64,000 nucleotides of DNA from positions 1 to 64,000 of the forward strand of contig JBFGJG010000003.1 in NCBI GenBank assembly GCA_041577295.1, written 5' to 3'. Both the position numbers and the translations under genes were made by a program. Every line of letters starts with the position of its first letter. Position 1 is the stretch's first letter. The stretch comes from Gemmatimonadales bacterium. Its GTDB lineage: Bacteria > Gemmatimonadota > Gemmatimonadetes > Gemmatimonadales > GWC2-71-9. The notes under the pieces are model-generated. The model saw only the letters and a program-made list of their open reading frames with translations, ran no database searches and had not been told where the DNA came from. Of the stretch, positions 27,434-37,443 are shown in pieces.

Positions 27434-28557
27434 TACCGCCGCCGAATCTGCTCTCGCAGGCGTTCCCACATTTCCGGCTCCAGGGCGTACACCTGCTCAA
27501 AGGATTCCACCGTCGCACTCTCTTCCGCCCCTACGGCATCGAGGAATACCCGCCGATAGCGGGCAACTTGGGTCGGCGCATAGAAGTCGAGGATCAACGC
27601 GCCACACCGCACGGCCAACGTGCGCCTCAGGTCCTCGAGACTTTCACCCTCCCGCACCGGGCGCCCGATCACCCGGTTGTCGACGATGAGGAAGCACAAC
27701 TCCTTGAGAAAAGCAAACACCGCCGCGCCGGCTTCCTGATTCTCGGGCAGCTGCACGGCAACGACCTGGTCTTTTGGATCGAACTGATCTAACTCCACGA
27801 TGCGACCTTCTGGGCCGAGCGCTCGTGACGGCATGACCAGTCCCGCGCTCAATCGACGGCGCTCGAGGAACGGATCCAGGTATGGCACCAAGCTCGAGTC
27901 CCACACGGCCTGTATCGCCGCGTATCGTGCCGAATCCGCGGTGACCTGTTGCTCCCAGTAATCGCGATAGAAGAGGTCCCACTCCTGACGGACTGCCTCG
28001 ACCAAGGATTCAAGGAGTCGCCGTGCGCTTCGACGCTGAACGGCCTGGCTGTACACGGCGACCCCCAGGCGGACATCGCGTCCCGCCGCCGCGGAATCGT
28101 TCGTCCGGCGTTTCGCCACGGCATATAGTGCGCCGAGCATCCGCTCGGGAGTGGCTCGCGGAAAATACAGGGGAACGAAGTGCAGGTTTGTGAGGGTGCT
28201 GTCCTCGTCGAACGTCTTTCGAAACTCCGGACCGAGCGAATCCAACGGCGTTGGATAGACCCCACGTCGCTGCTTGATCGCACGTATATCGCGCGCGTAG
28301 TCGGCGCTGTAGAGCGCGAGCGGGCCCGGCTGGTCTGCTTGCACTACCGCCAGCGCGTGAAACCACAAGTCCGTCTGCGGGGCACGACGCACGGTCCAGC
28401 CTCGCTCTTCCTCAGCGGGGCGGCTCTCCTCAGTCGCCACCGAATCTGCAGTCGCCACCGAATCTGCCTCATCGCTCTGCAAGGCGTTAGCGACGCCCCC
28501 CGGAACCGGGGTCGCGATGAACAGTAGGATCGCCAAGATTCTTCCGTAGTCGCTCAC
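27433..28557 (-). CDS. Hypothetical exported protein
   Basis: 374-aa ORF with signal peptide and short ADSVAT duplication; translationally coupled to the TonB-like gene. Confidence 0.7.
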   Translation of the reverse strand: MSDYGRILAILLFIATPVPGGVANALQSDEADSVATADSVATEESRPAEEERGWTVRRAPQTDLWFHALAVVQADQPGPLALYSADYARDIRAIKQRRGVYPTPLDSLGPEFRKTFDEDSTLTNLHFVPLYFPRATPERMLGALYAVAKRRTNDSAAAGRDVRLGVAVYSQAVQRRSARRLLESLVEAVRQEWDLFYRDYWEQQVTADSARYAAIQAVWDSSLVPYLDPFLERRRLSAGLVMPSRALGPEGRIVELDQFDPKDQVVAVQLPENQEAGAAVFAFLKELCFLIVDNRVIGRPVREGESLEDLRRTLAVRCGALILDFYAPTQVARYRRVFLDAVGAEESATVESFEQVYALEPEMWERLREQIRRR

Positions 28558-28811
28558 GCTACCTCGCTCGCCTCATGAGTTACCATGCCTCCTTCGCCTC
28601 TCTCAACCGGTCGAGCCCACCGAACGTTCCGTCCGTGCCCTACTACACCTGGAACTTTGAAAGATGCCTGCCTCTCCGCTGCCCGCACACCCCCCTCCGC
28701 CACCACCCTGCCCCCGCTAAGCAGTGAGGAGCGAGGACGGCCAACTATCCTCGGTGTGCAAGCTCCGTGCGGCCGTTCGTCATAGGGGGCGGAATCCGAA
28801 GGAGAGGGATC

Positions 28812-31007
28812 ATGCGAAGCGGTGTTATCCTGTTGACCTGTAGTCTCTTGGCCGGACCGCTGATGGCCCAGGGATGGATCGAGCCAGCACCGGATCGACC
28901 CGATTTTGGGGTGCGCAAAACGCAGACAAATGTCTCCGTTCGAGTACAGGGACGTATCGCGCAGGTTGAGGTGGAGGAGTGGTTTCAGAACACCGGACCT
29001 GGATTAGGCGAAGGTGATTACCTCTATCCGCTCTCCGGTGAGGCGGTATTCAGCAACTTCTCGCTATTCCAGGGTGACGTGGAGCTCCGCGGCGAGACCA
29101 TGGACGCCGGCGAGGCCCGCCGCATTTACGAGGAGATCGTCCGCCGTAAGAAGGATCCTGCCCTGATTGAGCTCGTCGGTCACGGTCTGATCCGGGCGAG
29201 GGTATTCCCAATCAATCCTGGCGAAACCCGCAAGATCACGCTGCGCTATACCCAGATGCTGGATCGGGCCGGCGACGCGCTGCAGTTCCGGTACGCCGCA
29301 GGTGGTCGGTTTGGCATCGGCGGCGCGGAGGGCATCAGACGTCCTGTGAGCGTTCGAGAAGATGTGCCGCTCAGCTTTACACTCACCGTTGAGGACGGGA
29401 CGCGGTTTCAGGATCCCTTCTCGCCAACGCATGAGCTACGCATCTCGCGTGATCGCAATCGCCTTTCCGTCCGCCCGGAGGGTCGCCTCACGGGTGATCT
29501 CAACCTCTTTCTCCCATTCGCCAATCCGGTCGTGGGTCTCACCGTCGTCACGCACCGCCCGGTCAATGAAGATGGCTACTTCATGCTGACTTTGTCGCCA
29601 GGCACGGCAACGGGCCGCGCTGTTCCCCGGGACGTAACGGCGGTCGTCGACATCTCCGGCTCCATGTCCGGTACCAAGCTCGAGCAGGCCAAGGAGGCGC
29701 TCCATCAGCTGCTTGCGTCGTTGGGACCGCGCGACCGGTTTCGATTGATCGCATTTAGCAATCGTGTGCGGGTGTATCGCGCCGACTGGAGTCGGACCGG
29801 TGTCGCCGAGCTCGACCAGGCGCGCGCCTGGATCGCTCGCCTCGACGCCAATGGCGGAACCAACATCGAGGGTGCGCTGCAGGAGGCATTTCGCCTCGCG
29901 GCTGAAGACGGCCACCTACCCATTGTGTTGTTCGTGACGGACGGCCTGCCGTCGGTCGGCGAACGGAATCCCGAGCGAATCGCCGAGCAGGCCGAACGCG
30001 ACAGGGGCTCGGCCCGTGTGTTTGCGTTCGGTGTGGGCTATGACGTCAACACGTATCTCCTAGATCGGCTGTCCGCCGCCGGTCGTGGCACGACCGAGTA
30101 CGTCGAGCCCGGTGAGAATGTAGAGGACGCGCTCGGCACCCTGGCGACCAAAATTCGCCATCCGGTATTGGTCGATCTCCGCCTGGCCGATGCACCGGTA
30201 GAAATCGACGAAGTCTATCCCGGTGCGTTGCCAGACCTGTTTCTGGGAGAGGAACTGGTCATCTTTGGACGCTACCGATCCCGAGGGCAAACGGGAGAAT
30301 TGGTGCTCACGGGTCAGCGGAATGGCAGGCTGGAACGTTTTGCCACGCGAGCCACGTTCCCGCGGTCACAGGATGCGAACGAGTACATCCCGCGTCTGTG
30401 GGCTTCCCGGAAGATTGGCGAGCTCACTCGAGAAGTCCGGCTCCACGGCTCCAATCCGGAGCTCGAACGCGAGATTCGTGAGACAGCGTTGCGGTACGGC
30501 CTCCTAAGCGAGTTCACCTCGTATCTCGTGCAGGAGCCCGAGAGGCTCGCCGACGACTTTCGAGGCGGCGGGCGACGAATTGCTCCCCTGCCTGCTGCGG
30601 CACCTTCCCAGGCTTCAGGAGCGTTGGCGGTGGCCCGTGCAGAGGAGGCTCGGATGCGACGCGAGGCGAAGACGCAAGCAGATATTGCCGCGGCTGATGA
30701 GTCGCTGCTCAACCGTGGACACATGGGCCAGAGCCGCCATGTCGCGGGCCGGCTGTTTGCCGAGCGATCCGGCATCTGGACGGATTTGCGACACCAGACG
30801 ACGCAACGGGTGGTTGCGATCGAGCCGTTCAGCGAAGCGTACTTCGCCCTGTTGCAGGCTGCTCCCGAGCTCGAGGTATATCTCCGCGAATTCACTTCCG
30901 TGCTCATTGCCGGTGAGCGAGTGAGCATTCGCGTGGCTTCGGGCGGGAGCACCCAGATGAGTACAAAGGGAATCAGTCGACTCGTCCAGGACTTTCGCGG
31001 ACCGTAA
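28812..31007 (+). CDS. Exported VIT + vWA domain protein
   Basis: VIT (EGDYLYPL, ARRIYEEIVRR..DPAL, RARVFPI); vWA MIDAS DISGSM, GGTNI, FVTDG; RLWASRKIG; GGAGAGG RBS. Confidence 0.9.
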   Translation: MRSGVILLTCSLLAGPLMAQGWIEPAPDRPDFGVRKTQTNVSVRVQGRIAQVEVEEWFQNTGPGLGEGDYLYPLSGEAVFSNFSLFQGDVELRGETMDAGEARRIYEEIVRRKKDPALIELVGHGLIRARVFPINPGETRKITLRYTQMLDRAGDALQFRYAAGGRFGIGGAEGIRRPVSVREDVPLSFTLTVEDGTRFQDPFSPTHELRISRDRNRLSVRPEGRLTGDLNLFLPFANPVVGLTVVTHRPVNEDGYFMLTLSPGTATGRAVPRDVTAVVDISGSMSGTKLEQAKEALHQLLASLGPRDRFRLIAFSNRVRVYRADWSRTGVAELDQARAWIARLDANGGTNIEGALQEAFRLAAEDGHLPIVLFVTDGLPSVGERNPERIAEQAERDRGSARVFAFGVGYDVNTYLLDRLSAAGRGTTEYVEPGENVEDALGTLATKIRHPVLVDLRLADAPVEIDEVYPGALPDLFLGEELVIFGRYRSRGQTGELVLTGQRNGRLERFATRATFPRSQDANEYIPRLWASRKIGELTREVRLHGSNPELEREIRETALRYGLLSEFTSYLVQEPERLADDFRGGGRRIAPLPAAAPSQASGALAVARAEEARMRREAKTQADIAAADESLLNRGHMGQSRHVAGRLFAERSGIWTDLRHQTTQRVVAIEPFSEAYFALLQAAPELEVYLREFTSVLIAGERVSIRVASGGSTQMSTKGISRLVQDFRGP

Positions 31008-31034
31008 GTGTGGCGAGCGAGAACGTACGTGCGT

Positions 31035-31043
31035 TGTTAGACT
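31035..31043 (+). promoter_or_regulatory. Extended -10 element (TGnTAGACT) 7 nt upstream of the sigma-factor GTG; likely leaderless promoter
   Basis: tgtTAGACTacgaccc-GTG with no Shine-Dalgarno sequence. Confidence 0.5.
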
Positions 31044-31050
31044 ACGACCC

Positions 31051-31554
31051 GTGAGCGTCAACTGGGCGCAGGTATACCGTTCGCATTACGCTGAGCTCGT
31101 CCGCTTTCTTCACCGAAAGGTGTGGGATGCGGATCGAGCTCAGGATCTCGCGCAGGAGGTATTCGTGCGGGCGTTGAACAACAACCCCGAGAATCCGAGA
31201 GCTTGGCTCTACACCGTGGCCGCGAACTTGGCTCGGGATGAGGCACGCTCAGCTGTCCGCCAGAGACGGCACCTGACGCTGCTCAAGAGCGAGGCGCCCA
31301 GTGCGGAGACGAACAATCCCGCGCAGGACCTCGATCGCGCCGAGCAGATGGAGCTCGTGCGGCAGGCGTTGGAGTCGCTCTCAGAGCGCGACCGTGAGGT
31401 GTTGCTCCTGTGGGACGCGGATATGAACTACGATGAGATTGCCGCTCAGACCGGGCTGGCACGCGGGGCGATCGGCACCACTCTGGCGCGGGCGCGGCGA
31501 CGCCTGGTCGAGGCGTTCGACGCTCTGGAGGACAAGCATGTCGCACGTGGATGA
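31051..31554 (+). CDS. ECF RNA polymerase sigma factor
   Basis: AQDLAQEVFVRA, AWLYTVAANLARD (region 2); LSERDREVLLL…YDEIA…GTTLARARRRL (region 4). Confidence 0.93.
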   Translation: MSVNWAQVYRSHYAELVRFLHRKVWDADRAQDLAQEVFVRALNNNPENPRAWLYTVAANLARDEARSAVRQRRHLTLLKSEAPSAETNNPAQDLDRAEQMELVRQALESLSERDREVLLLWDADMNYDEIAAQTGLARGAIGTTLARARRRLVEAFDALEDKHVARG

Positions 31555-32656
31555 AGGCACGCTGCACGCCTATCTCGATGGCGCGTTGCCAGCGGGAGCG
31601 GACCGACGAGCGCTCGAGGTCCATCTGGTTTCGTGCGCAAGCTGTCGGACCGCTTTCGAGGAGGCGCGTACGCTGCGGGACAAGTCAGCAGAGATTCTCC
31701 AACGCGCCGTGCCCGTCTCGCAGACGCCCCCACCGTTTGAGGAGATCGTTGCTCGTGCCGAAGCACGGGAGGGAGGTCACGGGTCCAAGCGAGCCTGGCG
31801 GTGGCGGGGACTCGCCTGGGCCGCCACGATTCTGATGGCGGCCGGACTGGGGTCCTATGTCACGTTGAGTGTCCAATCGCGCGACGCACCAGTGGTGGCA
31901 ACGCGCGCTATGGAGGCCGCGCCGGAAACAGAACAGCTCGCGCAGCAACAGGAAGCCGCCGAGCCAACGGTTGGTTTGTCGGTCGACCCACCGGCCGCGC
32001 AGCCTGCGCGGCAGGCGGCTGCTCCGGGCCTGGCTTCTGGAGTGGCTGCCGAAGTGGCCAACGCCGCCGAGGCGAAGACATCCGCCGACGTGCCAACGGA
32101 CATCAGCGTGGCTCGCGCCGAGAGCACGCCACTGGCAACGCCAACCGAGGGATTTCGGGGTCGGCTAGCCGCGGCTGGTGATTCGGCAGCCGAGGCGGAC
32201 ACAGCTGTGCAAACCGTGACCGTGCGGGCCCGTACTGCTGAGGTCACTGCCCTTGCCGAGGCTCCGCCAAGACCTGCGCAAGCGGCGGCGTTGGAGGACA
32301 CCCGCCGCGCTGATGCTCAGCCCACCGACTGGGTGGACGCCGGTGAAGCAGAAGCTGCCGAGGCACTAGGCGGGCGCGTGGCCCGTGTATCCGCGCTTTC
32401 TGTTATTGGCTACGCGACGCGGCAGAACGAGGGGCGCTCGGAGGTGCGGGTGCGACAACGGACGCCGGACGGCGTGGATCTTGAGCTAGTCCAGTGGCGG
32501 GCCGGTGACGGCGATCTCAGCTCCGAGCTCGAACGGCGCGAGATCGGCGATGACTCGCTGGCAGTGGTCACGGTGCGGCGCGGGGAGTTTGCGATCTTGG
32601 CCAGAGCCAAGCTCCCGATCGACTCACTCCGCCAGTTGCTCGGGCGAATCCCCTAG
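31538..32656 (+). CDS. Zinc-finger (zf-HC2) membrane anti-sigma factor
   Basis: MSHVDEGTLHAYLDG…HLVSCASC, TM LAWAATILMAAGLG, Ala/Pro-rich exported part; overlaps the sigma gene. Confidence 0.87.
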   Translation: MSHVDEGTLHAYLDGALPAGADRRALEVHLVSCASCRTAFEEARTLRDKSAEILQRAVPVSQTPPPFEEIVARAEAREGGHGSKRAWRWRGLAWAATILMAAGLGSYVTLSVQSRDAPVVATRAMEAAPETEQLAQQQEAAEPTVGLSVDPPAAQPARQAAAPGLASGVAAEVANAAEAKTSADVPTDISVARAESTPLATPTEGFRGRLAAAGDSAAEADTAVQTVTVRARTAEVTALAEAPPRPAQAAALEDTRRADAQPTDWVDAGEAEAAEALGGRVARVSALSVIGYATRQNEGRSEVRVRQRTPDGVDLELVQWRAGDGDLSSELERREIGDDSLAVVTVRRGEFAILARAKLPIDSLRQLLGRIP

Positions 32657-33661
32657 CCGCCGCGTTCGGATGAGCTCAGCCACCACCGAGATGGCAATCT
32701 CGGCTGGTGTATCCGCACCGATCTCGATCCCAATAGGGGAGCGCACGCGCTCCAAGGCCTTCCGAGGCACGCCGGCGGCTTCGAGCGTCCTCCAGATCAC
32801 CGCTCGCTTGCGTTTGCTGCCCAACATGCCGACGTAGCCTGCCTGCGTTCCGGCCGAGCGCTCGACGATGTAGGCGTCGTAGCTGTGTCCACGGGTTGTC
32901 GCAAGCACGAAATCGTCCTCATCGAAACGGAATCGGTCGAGGACCGTGCGAAAATCCTCCACGAGGATTTCATCGGCCCACGGGACACGATTGGCATTTG
33001 CAAACTCTTCGCGATCGTCTGTGATCACCACGTGGAACCCGCTGCCCTTGGCGACCCGGGCGATCTCCGCTCCTACGTGACCAGCGCCAAAGATGATGAC
33101 GCGTGGCACGCGGCGAAGACGCTCGACCAACGCGCGGGTCTCTTCGTCCAGAAATACGGTCTCGCGGGGGGTGTCGACGGGCGCAGGAGGCTCCGTGTAT
33201 TGCTCACCCACGGCAATGGCCGTCCCACTGACCAGGGCCGTCTTTCGTGGTCCGCTGCCCCAGTCGATGCCGGTCATCACGGTCGTGGGCCGCCGTCGCT
33301 CAATCCCCTCTGCAACGGCGTTGTACAACTCGATCATCTCCCCCGCTAAGGGCTCGAGGAAAAACTCGGCCGTCCCACCACACGAGAGCCCGATGTCGCC
33401 GGCCACATCGGCATTGAGCGTGTGGCGCACGAACGCCGGCTTGCGCTGGCGCGCTGCCTCGAGCGCCTGCGTGGTGACGTCAGCCTCGACACACCCGCCA
33501 CCGACAGTCCCCCAGCGCCGCCCGTCTGCCGTGACCAGCATCTTCGCGTCTGACGCCATGGGAAGCGAGCCGCGCTGGCGAGAAACCGTGGCCAATCCGG
33601 CCACCGCATCGCTTCGCGCCACCTCGGCAGCCGCCCGCCACACCACCACGCGCTCGTTCAT
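32624..33661 (-). CDS. xdhC: XdhC/CoxI family molybdenum-cofactor chaperone
   Basis: GTVGGGCVEA, GLSCGG, IFGAGHVG, DDREEFA, TRGHSYD, YVGMLGSKRK, SPIGIEIGADTPAEIAISVVAE. Confidence 0.9.
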   Translation of the reverse strand: MNERVVVWRAAAEVARSDAVAGLATVSRQRGSLPMASDAKMLVTADGRRWGTVGGGCVEADVTTQALEAARQRKPAFVRHTLNADVAGDIGLSCGGTAEFFLEPLAGEMIELYNAVAEGIERRRPTTVMTGIDWGSGPRKTALVSGTAIAVGEQYTEPPAPVDTPRETVFLDEETRALVERLRRVPRVIIFGAGHVGAEIARVAKGSGFHVVITDDREEFANANRVPWADEILVEDFRTVLDRFRFDEDDFVLATTRGHSYDAYIVERSAGTQAGYVGMLGSKRKRAVIWRTLEAAGVPRKALERVRSPIGIEIGADTPAEIAISVVAELIRTRRLGDSPEQLAE

Positions 33662-33795
33662 GGGCTCAATTCCACGATGCTCGTCGCCCTCGTTGACATG
33701 GAAGAATGTATAGCGAGGGAGTGCTGCGCCGTGCAGTGATGTAATTGGCAGGCGGGAACGGCGGTGTGGAAGGAGTACCCTCTATCCCTTCTAGC

Positions 33796-35049
33796 CTAGT
33801 GATGCCCCTGTTGCGCCTTCGCGGTCAGCCTCGGACTCACCATCGGGAAGGTGCGGGCGAACAACCCGTAGGCAAATAGGAAGAGCCCGAGAAAGCCCAC
33901 GGTCACTCCAACCTCGGTGAGGCCAAAGGTCGGACCGTGCTCCACCAACGAGGGCTGAACCAGAAGGTAGCGTTCCAGCCACACGCCGGCGAAGCTGATC
34001 AACACGAACAGGGTGAACGTTGCAGGGGTGATCTTGGCTTTCACCCAAATAAGACCCCAGAAGGGGATGAAGAAAACCATCAAACCCACGAGGACCGAGA
34101 TCGGCCGCCATTCTCCCCACAAGCGCCAGAACACGAACGATGTCTCGACTTCGAGGTTGCCGTACCAGATGACCAGGAGCTGGCTAAACATCAGGTACGC
34201 CCAAAAAACGGAGAAGCCGAACACGAGCTTACCGAGGTCGTGAAACTGTTGACGGCTGATGAGGTGGTTTGCCCCGAGCCGGCCGCGCCAGTACACCATC
34301 ATCAGGCCGAGCATGGTGAGACCGGTGAGGAACGCCCCCATAAAGAAGAACGCTCCGAACAGTGTGCTGACCCAGTAGGGGGCCAGCGACATGATTAGAT
34401 CAAATCCTATGAGAGTGAATCCCCAAGCGTATGCCAGGCACAAGAGCGGTGCTAACCACGTCAACCGGCGCTCATAGACTGCGAGCTCTTCAGGTGTCCC
34501 CTGGTAGTCACCGACGATCCGATCGTACAGCTGGCGACGCCAACCCGACACATGGTCTCGAAGCTCGGCGACATCAGGTTTTAGGTCATGGTAGACGAAG
34601 ACGAACGTCAGGCCGAAAACGGCCACGAGGGCCACCAGGTCGCGCCAGAATACCCAACCCACGGTGAGCCACTGCCCACGAGCGGGCGTGGGCTCCGCGA
34701 TCCACGGGAAGAGGAAGTGACGGCCGAGAAACAGCACGAGGAAGCACACGAAGGCGACGGGGAGAAACGCCACCGCGGCCTCCGCGAATCGGATGATCGG
34801 CCCGGACCAATCTGCCTTAGCGATCTTCTGGGTGGCGGCAAAGATGACGGCACCCTGGGCGACGCCGGTGAAGAACAGAAAGTTCACCAGGAACATCCGC
34901 CAGGCACGCCCCGGATCGTCGCCCAGCAGGAGCAGGATGAACATCACGAACCCGACGATGGCCAGCAGCCCGCCCCCTACCACCAGCGAGCCAGCTGGCG
35001 CGTTGGCGCCGCGTTGGAAGATCTCGCGATCTGCGGTTGCCGCGGTCAT
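33796..35049 (-). CDS. actF: Alternative complex III membrane subunit ActF
   Basis: ~10 TM; FDLIMSLAPYWVSTLFG, HDLGKL.FGFSVFWAYLMFSQLLVIWYGNL; last gene of the act operon. Confidence 0.88.
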   Translation of the reverse strand: MTAATADREIFQRGANAPAGSLVVGGGLLAIVGFVMFILLLLGDDPGRAWRMFLVNFLFFTGVAQGAVIFAATQKIAKADWSGPIIRFAEAAVAFLPVAFVCFLVLFLGRHFLFPWIAEPTPARGQWLTVGWVFWRDLVALVAVFGLTFVFVYHDLKPDVAELRDHVSGWRRQLYDRIVGDYQGTPEELAVYERRLTWLAPLLCLAYAWGFTLIGFDLIMSLAPYWVSTLFGAFFFMGAFLTGLTMLGLMMVYWRGRLGANHLISRQQFHDLGKLVFGFSVFWAYLMFSQLLVIWYGNLEVETSFVFWRLWGEWRPISVLVGLMVFFIPFWGLIWVKAKITPATFTLFVLISFAGVWLERYLLVQPSLVEHGPTFGLTEVGVTVGFLGLFLFAYGLFARTFPMVSPRLTAKAQQGHH

Positions 35050-35597
35050 CGGGCCGCCCCCTGCAGCTGCCGAACGTAGTTCACCACATGCCACCGGTCG
35101 CCACCCCGAATGCCGTCACCGTAGCCAGGCATGATTCCCCGACCGTGGCGGACGATCGCGTAGAGATACCCATCGGTAAATCCTCGAGCTCTTGGCGTCA
35201 GCAGGCTCGGTGCAACCATCAGTTTGGCATTCACCGGTCCGTCCCCTGCACCGCCTGCCCCATGACACGGCACGCAATAGATGTCGTAGTATTTGCGCCC
35301 GGTCTCGAGCGACTCCGCGGTCCGCTGCATAGGGTTCCCGAGGCGATCGATCGCGGCCTGATTCTGGGGCGTGATCAGCAGTACCGGCTCTGCTCCCTCC
35401 ACAGGTACGGTCCCCTCCACTGGTGGCAGCGGCATCTTGTACGGTTGGATGGCCAATCCCTTATGCATGACCGCGAACCACGGGATGAGCGCGATCGCGT
35501 CGTCCGGACCGGGGAAGCGTTGCCACTGGTCCCTGGTGCAGCCGGCGACGAGGGCGATCGCGCTCGCCAGCACAATGACTCGGGAGCTAGGTCTCAA
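35046..35597 (-). CDS. actE: Alternative complex III monoheme cytochrome c lipoprotein ActE
   Basis: Lipobox LVAGC, PVEGTVP, CVPCHG, GRGIMPGY, DRWHVVNYVRQLQ. Confidence 0.88.
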   Translation of the reverse strand: MRPSSRVIVLASAIALVAGCTRDQWQRFPGPDDAIALIPWFAVMHKGLAIQPYKMPLPPVEGTVPVEGAEPVLLITPQNQAAIDRLGNPMQRTAESLETGRKYYDIYCVPCHGAGGAGDGPVNAKLMVAPSLLTPRARGFTDGYLYAIVRHGRGIMPGYGDGIRGGDRWHVVNYVRQLQGAAR

Positions 35598-36093
35598 CCC
35601 GCACCTCCTCTGCCCCGGCCGTTCGTAGCAGCTCTTCCACCGCCGGCCGGCGCTCCACCGGACACGGCACGAAGATCCCGACGTGATCGTTGCTGAAGCG
35701 GGGATCGAACGCCGCTTTCCGGCGGCTCAGCACACTGTGAACCAGCATGCCGGTCAGCGTCGCGAGTGCGCCAAGGAGAATGGTCAGCTCGAATGCGATG
35801 ACCACGTACGGAATCACTGAGCCGATGGGCTTGCCACCCACGATGATGGGGTAGTCGTATGACATCCACAGCGTCATGGCGAACCCGCTGATGCAGCCCG
35901 TCAGCCCACCAATGAGCGTCCACATGCGCACCGGACTCACCTTGTGGCCGATCGCGTCGTTCAGTTCGTGGTTTGGAGCGGGCATGTACACGGTAAAATC
36001 ACTGTATCCCATCTCCTTGAGTGACCGGATCGCGCGCGTCGCGGTGTCAACGTGCTGGAAGGCGGCGAGCAGACCACCAGGATGCGCGTTCAC
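35587..36093 (-). CDS. actD: Alternative complex III subunit ActD (DUF3341)
   Basis: YPIIVGGKP, FELTILLGA, DPRFSND; position between actC and actE. Confidence 0.9.
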   Translation of the reverse strand: MNAHPGGLLAAFQHVDTATRAIRSLKEMGYSDFTVYMPAPNHELNDAIGHKVSPVRMWTLIGGLTGCISGFAMTLWMSYDYPIIVGGKPIGSVIPYVVIAFELTILLGALATLTGMLVHSVLSRRKAAFDPRFSNDHVGIFVPCPVERRPAVEELLRTAGAEEVRVET

Positions 36094-37439
36094 GTGTGCG
36101 CCTCCTTGCGGGGCATCGGGATGACTTCCTTCACCTCACTGATCGACACGGTCGGGAAGTTTTTCGCGAACAGCAGGAACCACATGAAGAACCAGGCGAA
36201 GCTCCCCGCGAGGATCGCCCACTCCACCCACGAGGGCGTGTAGTGTCCCATCGCAAACGGTTCGTATTCAAACGATAGCGAAACGACGATGATCACGAAC
36301 CGCTCGAACCACATGCCCAGATTGATGAAGAGGGAGAGCAGGAACAGCGCCGGGATGTTTCGCCGGATCTTGGGGAAGAACAGCAGAATCGGTAACATCC
36401 CGTTGCAGATCAGCATCGTCCAACTCGCCCACCAGTACTCCCCGAATGCGCGATTGTAGAACGACGCCCGCTCGAACGGGCTCCCGCTGTACCACGCGAT
36501 GAAGAACTCGATTACGTACGCGTACCCCACGATCAGCCCTGTCAGCAGGATCAGCTTCGCGAGGTTGTCGAAGTGCTCGACCGTGATGTATCGCTCGACG
36601 CGGAAGATCTTGCGCAGTGGGACCAGCAACGTGATCACCATTGCCAAACCGGAGTAGATCGCTCCCGCCACGAAGTACGGTGCAAAGATGGTGGTATGCC
36701 ATCCGGGAACAATGGACATCGCAAAGTCCCACGACACGACGCTGTGCACCGAAAGGACGAGCGGCGTTGCCAGCGCGGCGAGGTAGAGGTACCCACGCAG
36801 ATAGTGACGCCACTGCTGATCGGTCCCTCGCCAGCCGAGCGCCGTAATCTGATACAGTTTCTTGCGCCACCCCGTGGCGATGTCTCGCACTGAAGCAACA
36901 TCTGGTATCAGTCCGACAATGAGGAAGGTCGTGCTGACGATCAGATAGGTCGTGACTGCAAACACGTCCCACAGCAGCGGCGATTTGAAATTCACCCACA
37001 GCTGTCGCTGATTCGGATACGGAATGAGCCAGTATGCGTACCAGATACGTCCGACGTGGATCAACGGGAAGAGACCGGCCGTCATGACCGCGAACACCGT
37101 CATCGCTTCCGCTGTGCGATACACGGCGGTGCGCCAAGCCGACCGGAAGAGATAAAGGATGGCGGATATCAGCGTCCCACAGTGCGCGATACCGACCCAG
37201 AACACGAATGTCGTGATGTATACGCCCCACATGACCGGTGGCGTATAGCCGGCCACACCCATCCCGTAGCGCACCTGATACAACAATGCCCCAATCCCGA
37301 TGAAGAGCACGACCACAACGAACGCCAGGAGCACGTAGTACATCCGGCTCGGGTTGCCGAGCGTCGCGGCGATATCGCGGGTGACATCGTTGTAGGTCGG
37401 TCGTGCAGCGGGGCGGTCGGGCTGTGCGATCGTGGCCAT
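36090..37439 (-). CDS. actC: Alternative complex III quinol-oxidising subunit ActC (NrfD/PsrC family)
   Basis: WGVYITTFVFWVGIAHCGTLISAIL, R.AEAMT, HVGRIW, SPLLWDVFAV, LSVHSVVSWDF, GMWFERF. Confidence 0.93.
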   Translation of the reverse strand: MATIAQPDRPAARPTYNDVTRDIAATLGNPSRMYYVLLAFVVVVLFIGIGALLYQVRYGMGVAGYTPPVMWGVYITTFVFWVGIAHCGTLISAILYLFRSAWRTAVYRTAEAMTVFAVMTAGLFPLIHVGRIWYAYWLIPYPNQRQLWVNFKSPLLWDVFAVTTYLIVSTTFLIVGLIPDVASVRDIATGWRKKLYQITALGWRGTDQQWRHYLRGYLYLAALATPLVLSVHSVVSWDFAMSIVPGWHTTIFAPYFVAGAIYSGLAMVITLLVPLRKIFRVERYITVEHFDNLAKLILLTGLIVGYAYVIEFFIAWYSGSPFERASFYNRAFGEYWWASWTMLICNGMLPILLFFPKIRRNIPALFLLSLFINLGMWFERFVIIVVSLSFEYEPFAMGHYTPSWVEWAILAGSFAWFFMWFLLFAKNFPTVSISEVKEVIPMPRKEAHT

Positions 37440-37443
37440 GCGA

